The notes: a model not told the origin generated them from the sequence alone. A stretch of 64,000 nucleotides of DNA from Neoechinorhynchus agilis (GCA_051530055.1 JBMGUZ010000006.1:35635-99634), one strand, 5' to 3'; positions 1 to 11,451 are shown, counted from the stretch's first letter. Made by a program: numbers and translations.

Positions 1-626
1 CCTTGCCGAGTACATTCGTGTCTCGGTTTGACAGGCAAGGAAACTGTTTATAATGCTGGTAAGCATTCTTCAGAATGAAAGTCACAAAGAGTTTTGACCA
101 CGTTGTTGAGGCCCGAGGTTTTAATCCACGATGTAGCTGCTTGCTGCGAAGGAACGAATTTTTTCTTAGAGACAACGCGATACCATTGAGAAGAGTTGGG
201 AAGGAGTGATTTGATCCTACCTCTATCCTTGTTCAGTTGGAAACGAGCCCTACAAGGCCAGTGTAATGCTGACCAGAATTTAATTCCTCCCGTAAAGGGA
301 AAAAGCACGCGGGGTTTCATCGAAGCAATTAATTTGCCTAACTATAGTTAGGAGTCTACACCCGGTAAATGAGTATTTATTAAAGACGTTTCGAAGCTCG
401 TCGGGTTCATCATCAGTTTGTTAGTAATAGACGGTTAATCACATTCCCCGGTACCTCACATATCGACATTTTTAAGCTTAGGATGTTCGCCGAGATTCTA
501 CGAGCCTTGCTTCCAATGGCCAGAGGTGTTTGAGCCCAATGTCCCCATTTTTGACACTCCGAGGAATCAGTTTCCCACGTAGTAAAGACTTTAAGAAGAA
601 TAACAGCTTACATCCGAACTTCTCGA
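1..626 (-). mobile_element. Repeat module, probable Penelope-like family C remnant: ORF C-terminus, 3' UTR with hammerhead, then ORF start MKPRVL
   Basis: The same module recurs at ~6540-7350 (+), ~21565-22065 (+), ~34085-35080 (+) and ~42560-43685 (-). The C-terminus KLLFFLKSLLRGKLIPRSVKNGDIGLKHLW loosely resembles PLE GIY-YIG C-termini, and a hammerhead follows about 65 nt after the stop, as in the clearer PLEs of this window. PLE identity is inferred. Confidence 0.4.
378..429 (-). ncRNA. Minimal type I hammerhead ribozyme, family C
   Basis: Minus strand TATTactaacAAA-CTGATGA-T-GAAcccgacgagcTTC-GAAA-CGT-C-TTTAATA: core, short stem II, ACGT palindromic stem III, GUC cleavage triplet, bulged stem I. 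Confidence 0.6.
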
Positions 627-759
627 AAGCGACCCTGTCTTCATTATCTATCTCCGGTGAGAGGTCGGAAACGATGAACGTAGATGTATAGCTTGAATCC
701 GTGTATTGCAGACCAGCATCTTCCTTAAATCTAGTGAGGAAACTCCTGAATTGTTTCCT

Positions 760-1968
760 AAATATATTGGAGATGAAGTGAATTTTCAAAACTCCACCAT
801 TGAGCGAAATTGACTTAATATGATTGTAATCGTCTTTGAGTGATTTGAGCTACGGCACTTCGTAAGCCTTGTTAAGGGATTCCCTGGGTTGAACAGGTAA
901 TCGTCTTATCGAGTTTAATTAATCGTTTGAACATTATTTTCTGGTCGACATGAAAAAATGCAAAAATATTTATTTGGTTTCGATTTGTAGAAGGAACATA
1001 ACGCGTTTTATTAATAATGCGTTCAAATGGGCATAAATTTTTGTTCATTGGTACACTCGAAAGTGTTCGACCGGTTAAGATAATGTATTTTTTTAACAGT
1101 TGAAGAAACAAAGTCAAATGAAACGTTAATGTAATCTTTCTGGCGAAAAGCTAAAGTTATAAAACCTTTTGCGTAAATGCTAGAATTGGTATTTGGAAAT
1201 ATGAATTCATTTCCTTCAGGATGTCGATCCTTCGCGGTCACATTGGCACCTTCAATGTCCATTTTCATACCGAATTGTGGAATTGAAACAAACAGAAATC
1301 TTCATCGATGGATACAAAAATTTTCTTTAATTTTTTTCGTTGCCCTCTGAAGCGTCCTAACGGACACTGTACTCGTCATTGGGCTTTGGCCTGAGGCCGC
1401 AACTTACTGTAAATTGTTTCGAGATAGAAGTGAAAGTTAGAAAGCTGTTTTTCGCAGTGAGAGTTCGTTAGCGAAAATCGATACTCTTTTGATGTTCTTT
1501 GAAAAGTGAGCCTTACCTTAACTCACGGAGAAAAACTTCTTGCGCTCTTCGCTATCTATGATCTCGTCAATAAACACCTTACCTTGAAAGTTGCGATGAA
1601 TCCAACAGAGCTTAAACGACTAAAATTATACTTAATTTTTACCTTTCAATACAAGTATATTTGAATCTTTGCAAAAAACCAAAGGGAATGAAATATAAAA
1701 GTCGTTAAAATAGTCAAGAGTTTCCATCGCAAATTCTACTTAGTATACAACGCCTATGCTTTTTCGAGGCAATAAAAAGAGTTAACGATATTCTTCAGGT
1801 CATTTCAAGCCAATGGTCGTCTTTCAAGGAAAATAACTACAAGACCGCTTTTTAGACATATTGGAATATTTCACAGCGAAACACGAAAGCTTGAAAATCT
1901 TTTTCTACGATCTTTGGACAGCATTTTATTAAAAAACGATAGAGACTTCTTGTTCGAAGAATGAAAGG
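760..1968. repeat. Segment with an inverted copy at ~19220-20660
   Basis: Near-identical ORF translations 1023..1268(-) and 19958..20203(+), and 872..1117(-) and 20109..20303(+). Part of it also recurs at ~5650-6010. Confidence 0.85.
1735..1968 (+). repeat. Dispersed 'hub' repeat module (about 0.4 kb full length), function unknown
   Basis: Sequence tctacttagtatacaacgcc...gaagaatgaaa...ggatgagcaataaaaagc...gtattgcc recurs at 3686-3800, ~19085-19460(-), ~28985-29355(-), 48639-48867, 48868-49100 and ~53955-54170. Confidence 0.85.
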
Positions 1969-2010
1969 ATGTTTGAGATATGGGAATTTGAAGTAAAGAA
2001 TTAATTTATT

Positions 2011-2054
2011 GAATTGAATATTTCGATCCAAACTAGGATCTTCTTCAGCAATTC
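2011..2054 (-). ncRNA. Minimal type I hammerhead ribozyme, family A (3' pLTR)
   Basis: GAATTG-CTGAAGA-A-GATCC tagttt GGATC-GAAA-TAT-T-CAATTC: 6-bp stem I, 5-bp stem II, ATAT palindromic stem III, AUU triplet. Predicted cut between 2017 and 2016. Confidence 0.8.
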
Positions 2055-2086
2055 TAAAAAAGAGAGGCAGGGAATGTCAAAAACTA

Positions 2087-2337
2087 TCACACGTTGATCT
2101 TATCGGGTGGAATCCGAAGCTTCAATCTGTAATCCGGCTTGTTTCCATCAAAAATGGATGACGACTGGATATACACAGCTTCCATGACCACACGACTGAA
2201 TCGATCGTGACTTCGTAATAACACTTGCGTGTTATCAAAATCGATATGATGTCCAGTATTCACAACGTGTGAGACCACTGCAGAACTCAAGTCATTCTTT
2301 CTGTTTATCGATCGCCTGTGCTCCTGAATTCTCCTAT
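2087..2337 (-). pseudogene. PLE GIY-YIG endonuclease C-terminal remnant
   Basis: RRIQEHRRSINRKNDLSSAVVSHVVNTGHHIDFDNTQVLLRSHDRFSRVVMEAVYIQ matches the PLE GIY-YIG pattern R..EH...SA.A.H....GH.IDF...R...EA..I. The GIY/YIG motifs themselves are deleted. Confidence 0.8.
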
Positions 2338-3495
2338 TTAGATCGTTCGTTTGTCCGATCGAAGTCTTGATATGAAATCCTTACCATTATCAATAGTATT
2401 ATCGGAAGATCCCATTATACTACGCAGCATATCTGCTATTTTTCGGGACATATCAGTACAGAATGCCGAGTGGGCAGCCACTATAGGTCGAAACCTAATA
2501 GGGTTTTTGTGTACCTTGGCGAGAAGGTATAGTCTGGGCGTTTTTGCATCAGTAGAGCGAAGTGCTTTATAATCATCAGGAGGAAGCTTCCCTTGATTTT
2601 TCAATCTCAAAATAAATGAGTTGAATTCCCTTTCACGACTTTTTGTTTGGCATGTACTGAGCTGCTCAAACTCATTACCGTTGAGGATTTCAAGGCCTGC
2701 TTCTCGATATTGTTGTGAATTCGTAATACAATATCCATACCCCTTATCGATCTTGACCAAAACTACATCATTGATGTCCCTGAGAAGGTCCATTCCACGC
2801 TGCATTCTCCGGGAGATGTTAGAGTTAACATTCCTATTTTTAATAAATGAATCATAGTACTGTTCTATCTTCCAAGTTGGTATATTCAGATTATCATATT
2901 CGAGTCGCGTTGCAAGTTTCTCTAGCTTGATTCTGTATTCAAACTTCTTAGGTGGCGTATAAGGAATGAAATCGGGACCATAACTAAGTAGCTCCAGTAC
3001 TTCGTCTGGCAGAATAATGTTCGACATATTATATACCTCATTCTTGTGATCAGAAGCAGTATAAAATCTATTCTGGGTCAGTCGATTAAGCTTTCGAATA
3101 TGGCGATTCAAAATACCTTTTTCTTCGATATCCATGTGATCTTTGACACAGAACTCTACAAGTTGGCAATATTCTGAACTTATCCATCTATTGACATTCT
3201 CTATGCAGTTATTATAGGAGATCGAATTGTTTTTGACATTGTTGACCATACATGAAATAGTATTATCAAGCATGCGCTCCATCATGTACTTTTTCCGTAG
3301 CGAATTGTCAAAACCAAGAGCAGGTGATCTTAGATGAAGGAAACTTGGAAAAACACCATAGTTTTTGCAGTCCCTTAAGAAATCAAGAGCCATCAGTGAT
3401 CTCATATTCCTCAGACCAAATTTGTCCAATTCCCTTACCGCTTGAAGAGCAGACTCCCCATATATCTGCTTTATACTGTTGAAGATAAAATCCAT
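2338..3495 (-). CDS. PLE polyprotein N-terminal domain plus the start of RT (385 aa); RT palm missing
   Basis: PLE motifs VYNMSNIILPDEVLELLSYGPDF, VLVKIDKGYGYCI, PRLYLLAKVHKNPIRFRPIV. The ORF ends before the catalytic aspartates and abuts the GIY-YIG remnant. Confidence 0.85.
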   Translation of the reverse strand: MDFIFNSIKQIYGESALQAVRELDKFGLRNMRSLMALDFLRDCKNYGVFPSFLHLRSPALGFDNSLRKKYMMERMLDNTISCMVNNVKNNSISYNNCIENVNRWISSEYCQLVEFCVKDHMDIEEKGILNRHIRKLNRLTQNRFYTASDHKNEVYNMSNIILPDEVLELLSYGPDFIPYTPPKKFEYRIKLEKLATRLEYDNLNIPTWKIEQYYDSFIKNRNVNSNISRRMQRGMDLLRDINDVVLVKIDKGYGYCITNSQQYREAGLEILNGNEFEQLSTCQTKSREREFNSFILRLKNQGKLPPDDYKALRSTDAKTPRLYLLAKVHKNPIRFRPIVAAHSAFCTDMSRKIADMLRSIMGSSDNTIDNGKDFISRLRSDKRTI

Positions 3496-3536
3496 ATGTT
3501 TGAGATATGGGAATTTGAAGAAAGAATTAATTTATT

Positions 3537-3580
3537 GAATTGAATATTTCGATCCAAACTAGGATCTTCTTCAGCAATTC
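3537..3580 (-). ncRNA. Minimal type I hammerhead ribozyme, family A (5' pLTR)
   Basis: Identical core and stems to 2011-2054. Predicted cut between 3543 and 3542, 47 nt upstream of the ORF ATG at 3495. Confidence 0.8.
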
Positions 3581-3804
3581 TAAAAAAGGAGGGGCAGGGA
3601 ATGCCAAAAACTATCACACGTTGATCTTATCGGGTGGAATCCGAAGCTTCAATCTGTAATCCGGCTTGTTTCCATCAAAAATGGAATGGATGAGCAATAA
3701 AAAGCTTTTTCCAAAAATAATATCTGGAAAATATTATTGCTAACATCAAAATTCGCATTCGATGCCCTAAGGTGTTGAATGGAGGTTTCGAGCATCGTTG
3801 TAGG

Positions 3805-4770
3805 ACTTGGCAATGAAAGATTGTATTTTATCAACTTGAATTTTCGGCCTGCTCGCTGGCCTTCTTCAGAATCTAAAATACATTCACACGGTCACTGTTG
3901 AATCTTTTGCCCCCTCGTGAATATATCGGGCGGTACCCGTAGGTTGAGGGTGTAATCGGCCTTATTATGCGTGGATGTGTTTAATTGTTGAATAAAAGTG
4001 GCCTCCATCGCAGTCCTGTCCCTACGGTTTCCGTTCCTCGCAAGGATTTCAGCCCTCTCAAAATTGATCCTATGTCCATTATCTATGATGTGATGAACTA
4101 TTGTCGAGTTCGTATTCGTAATTTTGCTGACTGCTTTTCGATGCTTCGTCAATCGTCTCTTGATATTATATGTTTGTCCGATATAAGATTGATCGCAGTC
4201 TAGGTGTGGGAATTGATCATTTCCTCTTTTTCGGGTCCTAAGAGACTGTTTTGTGTACGCCCTTTTTTGTCCAATATAATTTGCATTCCTTTTTTGTGTC
4301 AAGTCGTTTGATTAGAGATTCCATCTTTGAATTCCAATCCCCATTTATGCATGGGACTACAATGTATCTTTTTTCCTCATTTGCCATTGATTCCCTTGTT
4401 TTAATTAGCCTTGCATCCTTCCTCGCTCTTGCGATGTATTTCTTTGGGTACCCACCTCTTCTGAAGATATTCCATAGTCGATCCGGTTCGTTCTTGAGGG
4501 GTACCATCGTCTGAGCAGTATCGATATGCCCTGATAAATAGCGATCGAGTCTTTGATATCTTGTATTTTTGTGGTTGGGCAGAGATCCAAGGAACAACCT
4601 GATGTGGGCACCTTGTTTAATGGGGAGCACGGTCCCCAACTGAACAAAGAACTTATTGGGATGAACAAGCACATACAATGGACACACGAACAAGAATAAT
4701 GGGTTGCCTTACAATTCCTAGATGTCAACATTAAGATTAACTTGGATGGCACTTTCTGGAGTAATGCCAA
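3805..4770 (-). mobile_element. Penelope-like element family B, 5'-truncated (RT thumb plus GIY-YIG), frameshifted
   Basis: ORFs 4238..4693 (DRLWNIFRRGGYPKKYI; YIVVPCING) and 3892..4302 (DCDQSYIGQTYNIKRRLTKH...HIIDNGHRINFERAEIL...EATFIQ). Confidence 0.85.
3822..3882 (-). ncRNA. Minimal type I hammerhead ribozyme, family B
   Basis: TGTATTTTagaTT-CTGAAGA-A-GGCC agcgagca GGCC-GAAA-ATT-C-AAgttgatAAAATACA: AATT palindromic stem III, UUC triplet, stem I with an internal loop. Starts about 10 nt after the GIY-YIG stop at 3892. Confidence 0.75.
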
Positions 4771-5089
4771 TTATTAGACTAAATGTGTTCAGTGCGCACA
4801 AGAACAGATTCGAGTCGTCTACATTGGGAAGATGGACGTATTTGTGAACAGTTTCGTAATGCTTTACCTAAAGAATGCCACTTCCTTTTCAGTTGGCTTC
4901 GCGGCTCAGTACCTTCAAGATGCATTAACCCGCTTGGTCGATCGACAGTGAGAGCGAGGGCTCAAATTCTAGATCAGAAATCCATGGGACACGATCTTAT
5001 TTTATTTGAATTTGGACAGTTCGATCTAAAGACTAAAGTGGTTTTCAATGACAAGAATATCAGATGGGTGGGTTATAAGATGTTGGGTT

Positions 5090-5640
5090 AGTTCGTCGTT
5101 CTCAACCCCCAAGAAATTACGCTATTGATCTCGGAACGACGTGAGAACCTTCCTCCTGACTTTTGGCAAACGAGACCGTGTCGCCCGGAAACATCAACCA
5201 AAGAACCACATCGACAGCGATGGAGCGTGCAGATCGGGAGACCAAGTCTCAAGGAAACTGCGATCCTCGTTACCTCATCAGTGAGAAGAGTTCCCATGGA
5301 TGCCAGAGGAACTGCCTCCAACCACGCCCCGATTTTCGTGTCGAAATTGCCGACAATCTGGCTCGGACGACCCCATCGCGAAAACCTGAAAGTAGTGAGC
5401 TGTGAGCTCTCGCGGCGAGAGGTATTTCCCAGATCAACTGTCTGACGCCATTCACGGGAACATGGTTAGCGCCTGTCTGCTGGCACCATTCTTCAACTGC
5501 CACCACAAATTCTTGGTCGAGACAAAACTTTTCCCTCAGAATTTTCTTCGCTATTGGTTGACTCCCCTCAAACAATCCAAGAAAGGATGGCAAGGTCTAC
5601 TAGCGCCCGAATGCCCATTCCCCCAGATGACACAGACAAT
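5090..5640 (-). mobile_element. CRE-like non-LTR retrotransposon fragment (family A), C-terminal region
   Basis: LEAVPLASMGTLLTDEVTRIAVSLRLGLPICTLHRCRCGSLVDVSGRHGLVCQKSGGRFSRRSEINSVI is the CRE-clade zinc knuckle and RH motif upstream of the RLE domain. Confidence 0.8.
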
Positions 5641-6096
5641 GAAGATTGTCGCCACGAAAACAATGAATTAAACTCGTTAAGACGACCAAGTGACGGAATT
5701 AATGGATATGGACGAAGACATGGGTTGACCTTTCATTCCTAGAGTGAGTCATGAACACCTCGGGAACATACAACAAAAACCTCAACATCGTGCGAATTCA
5801 AGCGATTCACAGTACCTCGATACCAAGTTAAAAAAAGCCATTTTCGATCTCAATAACGACGAACCCCGTTCAACCCAGGGAATCCCTTAACAAGGCTTAC
5901 GCAGCGCCGTAGCTCAAATCACTCAAAGACGATTACAGTCATATTAAGTCAATTTCGCTCAATGGTGGAGTTTTGAAAATTCACTTCATCTCCGATTTAT
6001 TTAAGAAACAATTGAGGAGTTTTTCCTTACTAGATTTCAGGAAGATCCTAGCCTGCAATACACGGATTCAAGCTATACATCTACGTTCATCGTTTC

Positions 6097-6540
6097 TCCA
6101 TACTCCTTTAAGATACCGCCAATCATCGTTCGATTTACCGAATCGAAAGCTCGACGGAAATCAACAAATACCAGCGTCACATCCGTTTGATGAATTCGTG
6201 CCTCCTCGAGGATCCTCCTCAAAGCAAATATGTGCTCTGTGGTGCCTCGACCTTTCCTGAAGCCGTTCTATTCAATTCTTAGAAACGGTTCTAGGATTGG
6301 CTGAATTCGGCGTCTCAAAATGCTGCTGAAAAGTTTTGCCGTGTTGGACATCAAGGATATACTTCTATAGTCCTCCACATTTGTCGAGCAGCATTTCTTG
6401 GGGATCATTGTTAAATGCGCCGTTTGCCAGATTTGAGGTACTGAGCCACCATTCATTATGCCATTCATTATCGGTATGATTTTTCTGACAATAGATTCAA
6501 ACCTCAGTCCCTCTGCCATTATCCCATCTGGGCCTATCGA
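6097..6540 (-). pseudogene. RTE-like LINE reverse transcriptase fragment
   Basis: GPDGIMAEGL...WQTAHLTMIPKK...YRSISLMS...IE*NGFRKGRGTTEHIFALRRILEE...FVDFRRAFDSV, with one in-frame TAG. Confidence 0.8.
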
Positions 6541-7560
6541 TATGTGAGATACCGGGGAATGTGATTAGCCGTCTATTACTAACAAACTGATGATGAACCC
6601 GACGAGCTGAGGTAGAATCAAATAACTCCTCCCAACTCTTCTCAATGGTATCGCGTTGTCTCTAAGAAAAAATTCGTTCCTTCGCAGCAAGCAGCTACAT
6701 TGTGGATTAAAACCTCGGGCCTCAACAACGTGGTCAAAACTCTTTGTGACTTTCATTCTGAAGAATGCTTACCAGCATTATATGCAGTTTCCTTGCCTAT
6801 CAAACCAAGACGCCATGATCTTTAAGCCTTTGATATTGTTCAATTGTGGAGATCAAGGGATAAGATTTTCGATAACGGCTCATCAATATGTTTGAAAGCC
6901 ACGAATGTACTCGACAAGGCCAACATCACCGATATCGCTAAAGCTATGGTCAGTGCGTCTCCGGACGAATGGGCTCATATGAACCTCTCGAAGCGTATTT
7001 TTCTCATCAAAGAGAAAGGAAAAAGGTTGTAGCTGGTGGAGATGGTCGTCTGTTTTACCTAAAAGTTATCTGTGCTCGAAGTTCCACATAATCAAATCAT
7101 CTACCGTGCGAAGATAAACCACTGATTGGGCTTATGCTAAAAGCTTGAGCCATCACGCTCTCGGCCTGAGGCACAGATCCAAATAAGTCGTCGAATTATT
7201 CGAGGAGAAAGTGGGGTATTGAGATGAAATAATCTCGATCGAGACAGTAGACCTGATTGCTCCTTTCAAGCACTTTGATGAAGGATCATTAAGGTCAACG
7301 AAGACGAAATCTACTCCTGAATTCAAAATATTTCTTTAGAGCTCTTTCGTTTGTGGTATATGAAATTTACGAAGCCGGATTTAGATATTGTGGACCGAAA
7401 CGTTCCTTCCACAGTACAAGAACCAAAATAAAAAGCATGGGAAGTCGAAGGAGTCTAATTGGGAGATTAGTCGGGGATTGAAAATTAGTTTGAAAAGCGA
7501 TAAAATTCCATGTGACTATCAGCGACTGAGGGTGTAATAGAAATCCCGAAATGATCTTAT

Positions 7561-7683
7561 AATTACACTTTCGGTGAGAATAAACCCGGTCATTACATGT
7601 TTTATTTATTCGAAATATTTCGCGAGGTATTTTTAGATGACTGAAGAGGCGTGGATACCTCGCGAAATATTTCGGATAAATAA
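7561..7683 (+). repeat. Truncated copy of the 164-bp fold-back hairpin carrying hammerhead family D
   Basis: Left arm complete; the right arm is cut at 7683, where gypsy sequence joins. Full copies lie at 35281-35444 and 42218-42381. Confidence 0.85.
7631..7680 (+). ncRNA. Minimal type I hammerhead ribozyme, family D (one stem II mismatch)
   Basis: CTGAAGA-G-GCGTGG ata CCTCGC-GAAA-TAT-T-TCGGATAAA. Confidence 0.6.
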
Positions 7684-8255
7684 CCTGTGCTCGATGTCCT
7701 CTCGTATGGATGGCCACCAACAATAATACCTTTCTAGGTCTTTCATTGTTGTTATCCCGGGGTGTCCAGTATGTAAGACATCAAGTGCTTTATTCCTCAA
7801 TGCCTGGGCGATTATAAGGCGTTGCAACCATAGGATGACTCCGTCCTCTACTGAAAGCTCTTGTCTGCGAGACGAATATTTATGTAGTTCCGGAGGGGCC
7901 AACCACTCACTAAGTTGAAAAACTGCCGGAGCTGAGCTGATTCCAAATGGCAGTCGTTTGTATCGGAAAAATCCTCGATGGGTCGAGATTGTCAAGTATT
8001 TCCTAGAGTCCGCGTTGGCAGGTAGTTGTAGATAAGCATCTTTCAAATCGAGCCTTGAATACTACTCACCTCCCGCTATTTGGTTGACGATCTCTTCCCA
8101 TGTAGGAATGGCGTAGTTATCGATTGTTAGATGTGGATTAATTGTTACTCTAAAGTCTCCGCATATCCTGATATCACCACTGGTTTCCTTGCAATCACAA
8201 TCGGCGCAGCCCAATCGATAGAGTCTTTACGTAGATCCACTTTCTCCAGCACATC

Positions 8256-8831
8256 TCATTCTAACTGCCTTATCAACTCGTTTTCTACTTTGTTCTTCAA
8301 TGTCAGTGGAATTCTTCGACTTGCACATCTTCTCGGTGTGGCATTGGGTTCTATTGCTAGTGATATTTCGGTATTATTGACAGGAGTATTCGATTCATCG
8401 AAAATCGACTTATTCTTCAATAGTAGCTGATCGATTGAGGTAACGACCGAATCGATATCTGATTCTGTTTGCTGGCTATCAAGCCTGTGGCATACGACAT
8501 CAGGCCAAGGAACTTCGAAAACGTCTATCCAAGGACGCCCAAATAGACTATACTTCCCGTTTCGTACCACCATGACTTCTAACTGCTTTTGTCTTTCTCC
8601 CAAACTCGCATTGATATTGCATTTTCCCAGGGTTACTAACCGTTTGCCACCATACGCCTTGAGGGGTTTGGCAGCATTCAAAGTTGGCTGGCCTATTCTA
8701 CGCCAATATGTCATAGTCAACACCGATACACTGGCACCAGTATCATACTCCATCGTTATTTGTATCCCATTTATTTGGACATCTATTCTTGGAATCTGAT
8801 TCTCCACTATCGTTGTGTGGTTTGCATCCAT
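8256..8831 (-). CDS. Gypsy aspartic protease region
   Basis: IDVQINGIQITMEYDTGASVSVL (DTG active site); SLFGRPWIDVF. Confidence 0.85.
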   Translation of the reverse strand: MDANHTTIVENQIPRIDVQINGIQITMEYDTGASVSVLTMTYWRRIGQPTLNAAKPLKAYGGKRLVTLGKCNINASLGERQKQLEVMVVRNGKYSLFGRPWIDVFEVPWPDVVCHRLDSQQTESDIDSVVTSIDQLLLKNKSIFDESNTPVNNTEISLAIEPNATPRRCASRRIPLTLKNKVENELIRQLE

Positions 8832-8847
8832 TATCTTATTTAGTTCT

Positions 8848-9648
8848 TCAATTTGATCTACTGGGTACCTTGATCGGCAACACGATCTGAAATGACCCGT
8901 CCTTTAGCGTTTGAAACAACTCTTGTTCTTTGCTGGACACTGATATTTCGTGCTCTATTCCACATCTTTTACAGCGTTGTTTAGGTCTTTTCTCCCTCTG
9001 ATCACGTGTATTATGCCGTTTTCGAATCATGTCAATTTCAAAAAACTTTCCGTCTTGCATATATTTTGCTGTGTACGAATCATTCGGAAGTTCTTGACCT
9101 ACATACTGCTTCCTCCACGACGTATTCTTTATCATTTCAAACGTTTCACAAATCTTCATCACGCCGCTCAAAGAAGGTGCTGCCATTTGCAAAATTTTGT
9201 TCCTCGCCTCATCGTGTGGCGTTCCAATCGCTATCTGGTCTCTGATCTGGTCTTCGATCGCATCTTTTTCCGAATTGATGGATTTATTGAAAAATTGACA
9301 CAATCCAGCTTCTTCTCGTAGGTCTACAATCCATGATGCATAAGATTGACCATTTTTCATTTCGTATTGACTAAATGCGAAACGCGCAGCGACGATATGG
9401 ATTGGGCGTGAGTGATGGGTATCCAGCAATTCTATTAATTCATGGTAATCATAATGGTTGACATCTTTTCCCGTATTTAGACTTGACAGTAGTTGGTATG
9501 CCGAGGGCCCAATCCATGATAGGAACATGTTTCTCATCATTAGTCGATCGGTGACATTTTGAGCAGCAAAGTGGAACCCGATTTGTTGTTTGTAGCTTCG
9601 CCGGCTTTCTTTTTCCTCAAGAAAGCGCCGGAATCCCGTTGCTCGCAC
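8848..9648 (-). CDS. gag: Mag-like Gag
   Basis: FLSWIGPSAYQLL...ARFAFSQYEMKNGQSYASWIVDLREEAGLCQF...IRDQIAIG; partial knuckle CKRCGIEH. Confidence 0.8.
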   Translation of the reverse strand: MRATGFRRFLEEKESRRSYKQQIGFHFAAQNVTDRLMMRNMFLSWIGPSAYQLLSSLNTGKDVNHYDYHELIELLDTHHSRPIHIVAARFAFSQYEMKNGQSYASWIVDLREEAGLCQFFNKSINSEKDAIEDQIRDQIAIGTPHDEARNKILQMAAPSLSGVMKICETFEMIKNTSWRKQYVGQELPNDSYTAKYMQDGKFFEIDMIRKRHNTRDQREKRPKQRCKRCGIEHEISVSSKEQELFQTLKDGSFQIVLPIKVPSRSN

Positions 9649-9928
9649 ATTATCCTTCCTGGCAGTCGTGTTCGAATTGGCTAGAGACTCATTTATTTGA
9701 CCATATTTTACAATATTCAGTTCTATTCACTTACATGATATAAATTACATTATCATTAAGTAGAGTGGACAAGTTGCTTAAATTGGTTAGGATACTGCTT
9801 ACTTTAGATTGACTATATTCTTACAGCGTATACTCAAGCTTAAGGCGTAGCTCAAACTTGCTTACGTCCGGAAGCAACTGTTCTAATAATTGTTGCTGTT
9901 ATTGGAGAATTGTTCTTAATAAACCACT

Positions 9929-9938
9929 CTCGTCGCCA
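9929..9938 (-). promoter_or_regulatory. Primer-binding site TGGCGACGAG (copy 1)
   Basis: Follows ...CTACCACA-AC upstream of gag. Matches the 3' end of typical eukaryotic tRNA-Ser(GCU), a primer associated with Mag-type elements. Confidence 0.7.
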
Positions 9939-11451
9939 GTTGTGGTAGCCATACAACAACAACTTGTTTATTATTCGAAGTCCGTCTTCCAACTAGCACA
10001 CGCTATCTATATGTGTGTGGTCCGAATCGATATTCAAAGAGTATAAAGGGCAAAATATTTAATTGGCTGGAAACTGTATTCATCGGAAATGATAGTAAAA
10101 TCCTCATCGGTAAGCTCCGGCGCAACCTGTGTTCGTTATTCAGATCGGCCACAGCCGCTGATCTACAGAACATATTGGCTTGCTTTGACGCAAACTTCCT
10201 TGGTATAAAAGATTTTGTGATGAGATGACTAGAAGAGGCGTCAATTAATATTTTATTGAAAACTTCTCAGGAGACCTTCGAAGATGATGACCGAGTTTTT
10301 GATATGAGATAGATGAAGAGATTAATATATGTTCCGTTTAAATTGATTTTATCCTTGATCTTTATACCATTATATGAGAAACAGATCATGGGTAAAACTT
10401 TCTTTAGGAAAAATCCGTCTAAATAGTAAGTATAATTATGAAAGGATGGGAATTTTGGTAGGTGTAGTAAATGGTTGTTAAAAAGTCCCAAGATATTTGC
10501 TATTAAAGTCTGCAATAATTATATCCGTGTCCCAAAAAGGGGGTTTTCATCTGGGTTTTAATAAAAAAGAGACCTTGCGTGGGTTAATGTAAGCGAATAG
10601 GAGAAGTTGGCAAAGTTTGGAGTTTTTGTTTGAAAGAGTAATTTAGCCTCACGATTTTTGCTTAGAACGGATTGTAACCCTCTTGAGAAATCCAAGCGGT
10701 TTCCATTGGGTGATGAACTAAAATTTAAGAGCAAGGAATCATATTTACTGTTATTGACTAGTAAACATGACCCAGTCTCTTGAAAAAATAAATGATCAGG
10801 ATTTGAGAATGCGAAAAAGGGCAAAAGGAGTCTGGGGAGCGATTGGGACGAAATGCATTGTAAGTGACAAATGAAAAATCTAGATTACTATTGGTTGGGA
10901 AATTATTCATTTTTATGAAGGTTTGCCCTTTTTTTATCAAAAGAGGAGTGTGAGGAGAGATGCCATTTTGACGAGGCTGGATCAGAGCCTTCTTGAGTGG
11001 TTACGCTAAGAATATCAATTGCATCTTTTGGGACTATGCTTTCGTTAAAAGGGAGTCCACATTTTTATGCGGCAGAGAGCTTAGTGAGTTGTTATTTACA
11101 ATGTCAAGTGCTGCCTTATCCCAGGCTATATTCGGGGGAATGAATGTTGCTTTAATCATAGGAGATGAAGGGATGTTTGAGACTTCCTTACTTGTAGAGA
11201 AGGAATCCTTTATTATTCGAAAGTTAGAAAGTGAATTTACAAATAGATTGTGGTTGTTTGGAAGGACATATTCGAACGTAAGCGGGTGATTAGGAGTAAT
11301 TACAGAAGCACGGACGAGAAGGGCGGTGAACAGCCTGTTATTCCCGGTGGTACTCCCGGAATTATGAAAGGATCGATATTGCTTACCTGCTCAATAACCG
11401 GAAGTTTAACACACTCACGCTCACGAGATTGAGCTTCATCATAATGACGAT

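Larger units (their letters stand above)
1969..3685 (-). mobile_element. Penelope-like element family A, internally deleted, with ~190-bp direct terminal repeats (pLTRs)
   Basis: Direct repeats at 1969-~2156 and 3496-3685 flank an ORF with PLE N-terminal/RT motifs and a GIY-YIG C-terminal remnant. Uninterrupted target sequence is present in the hub copies at ~19.2 kb and ~54.0 kb. Confidence 0.85.
7686..9940 (-). mobile_element. Ty3/gypsy (Mag-like) LTR retrotransposon, copy 1, truncated inside the integrase zinc-binding region
   Basis: PBS, gag, aspartic protease and deleted RT. Inverted near-identical copy of 51121-53375 (coordinate sums 61061). Confidence 0.9.

Noticed and set aside
1339-1403. 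Hammerhead-like element GCCCT-CTGAAGC-GTCC taac GGAC...GTC-ATT-GGGC (inverted copy at ~19823-19887)
   Set aside because: Stem II looks canonical, but A9 is C and there is no GAAA core, so it cannot be called a ribozyme. It may still be a structured RNA.
10200-11450. Short ORFs here (and mirror 49620-50800) as protein-coding genes
   Set aside because: No recognisable motifs. They repeat only because the whole segment is duplicated.
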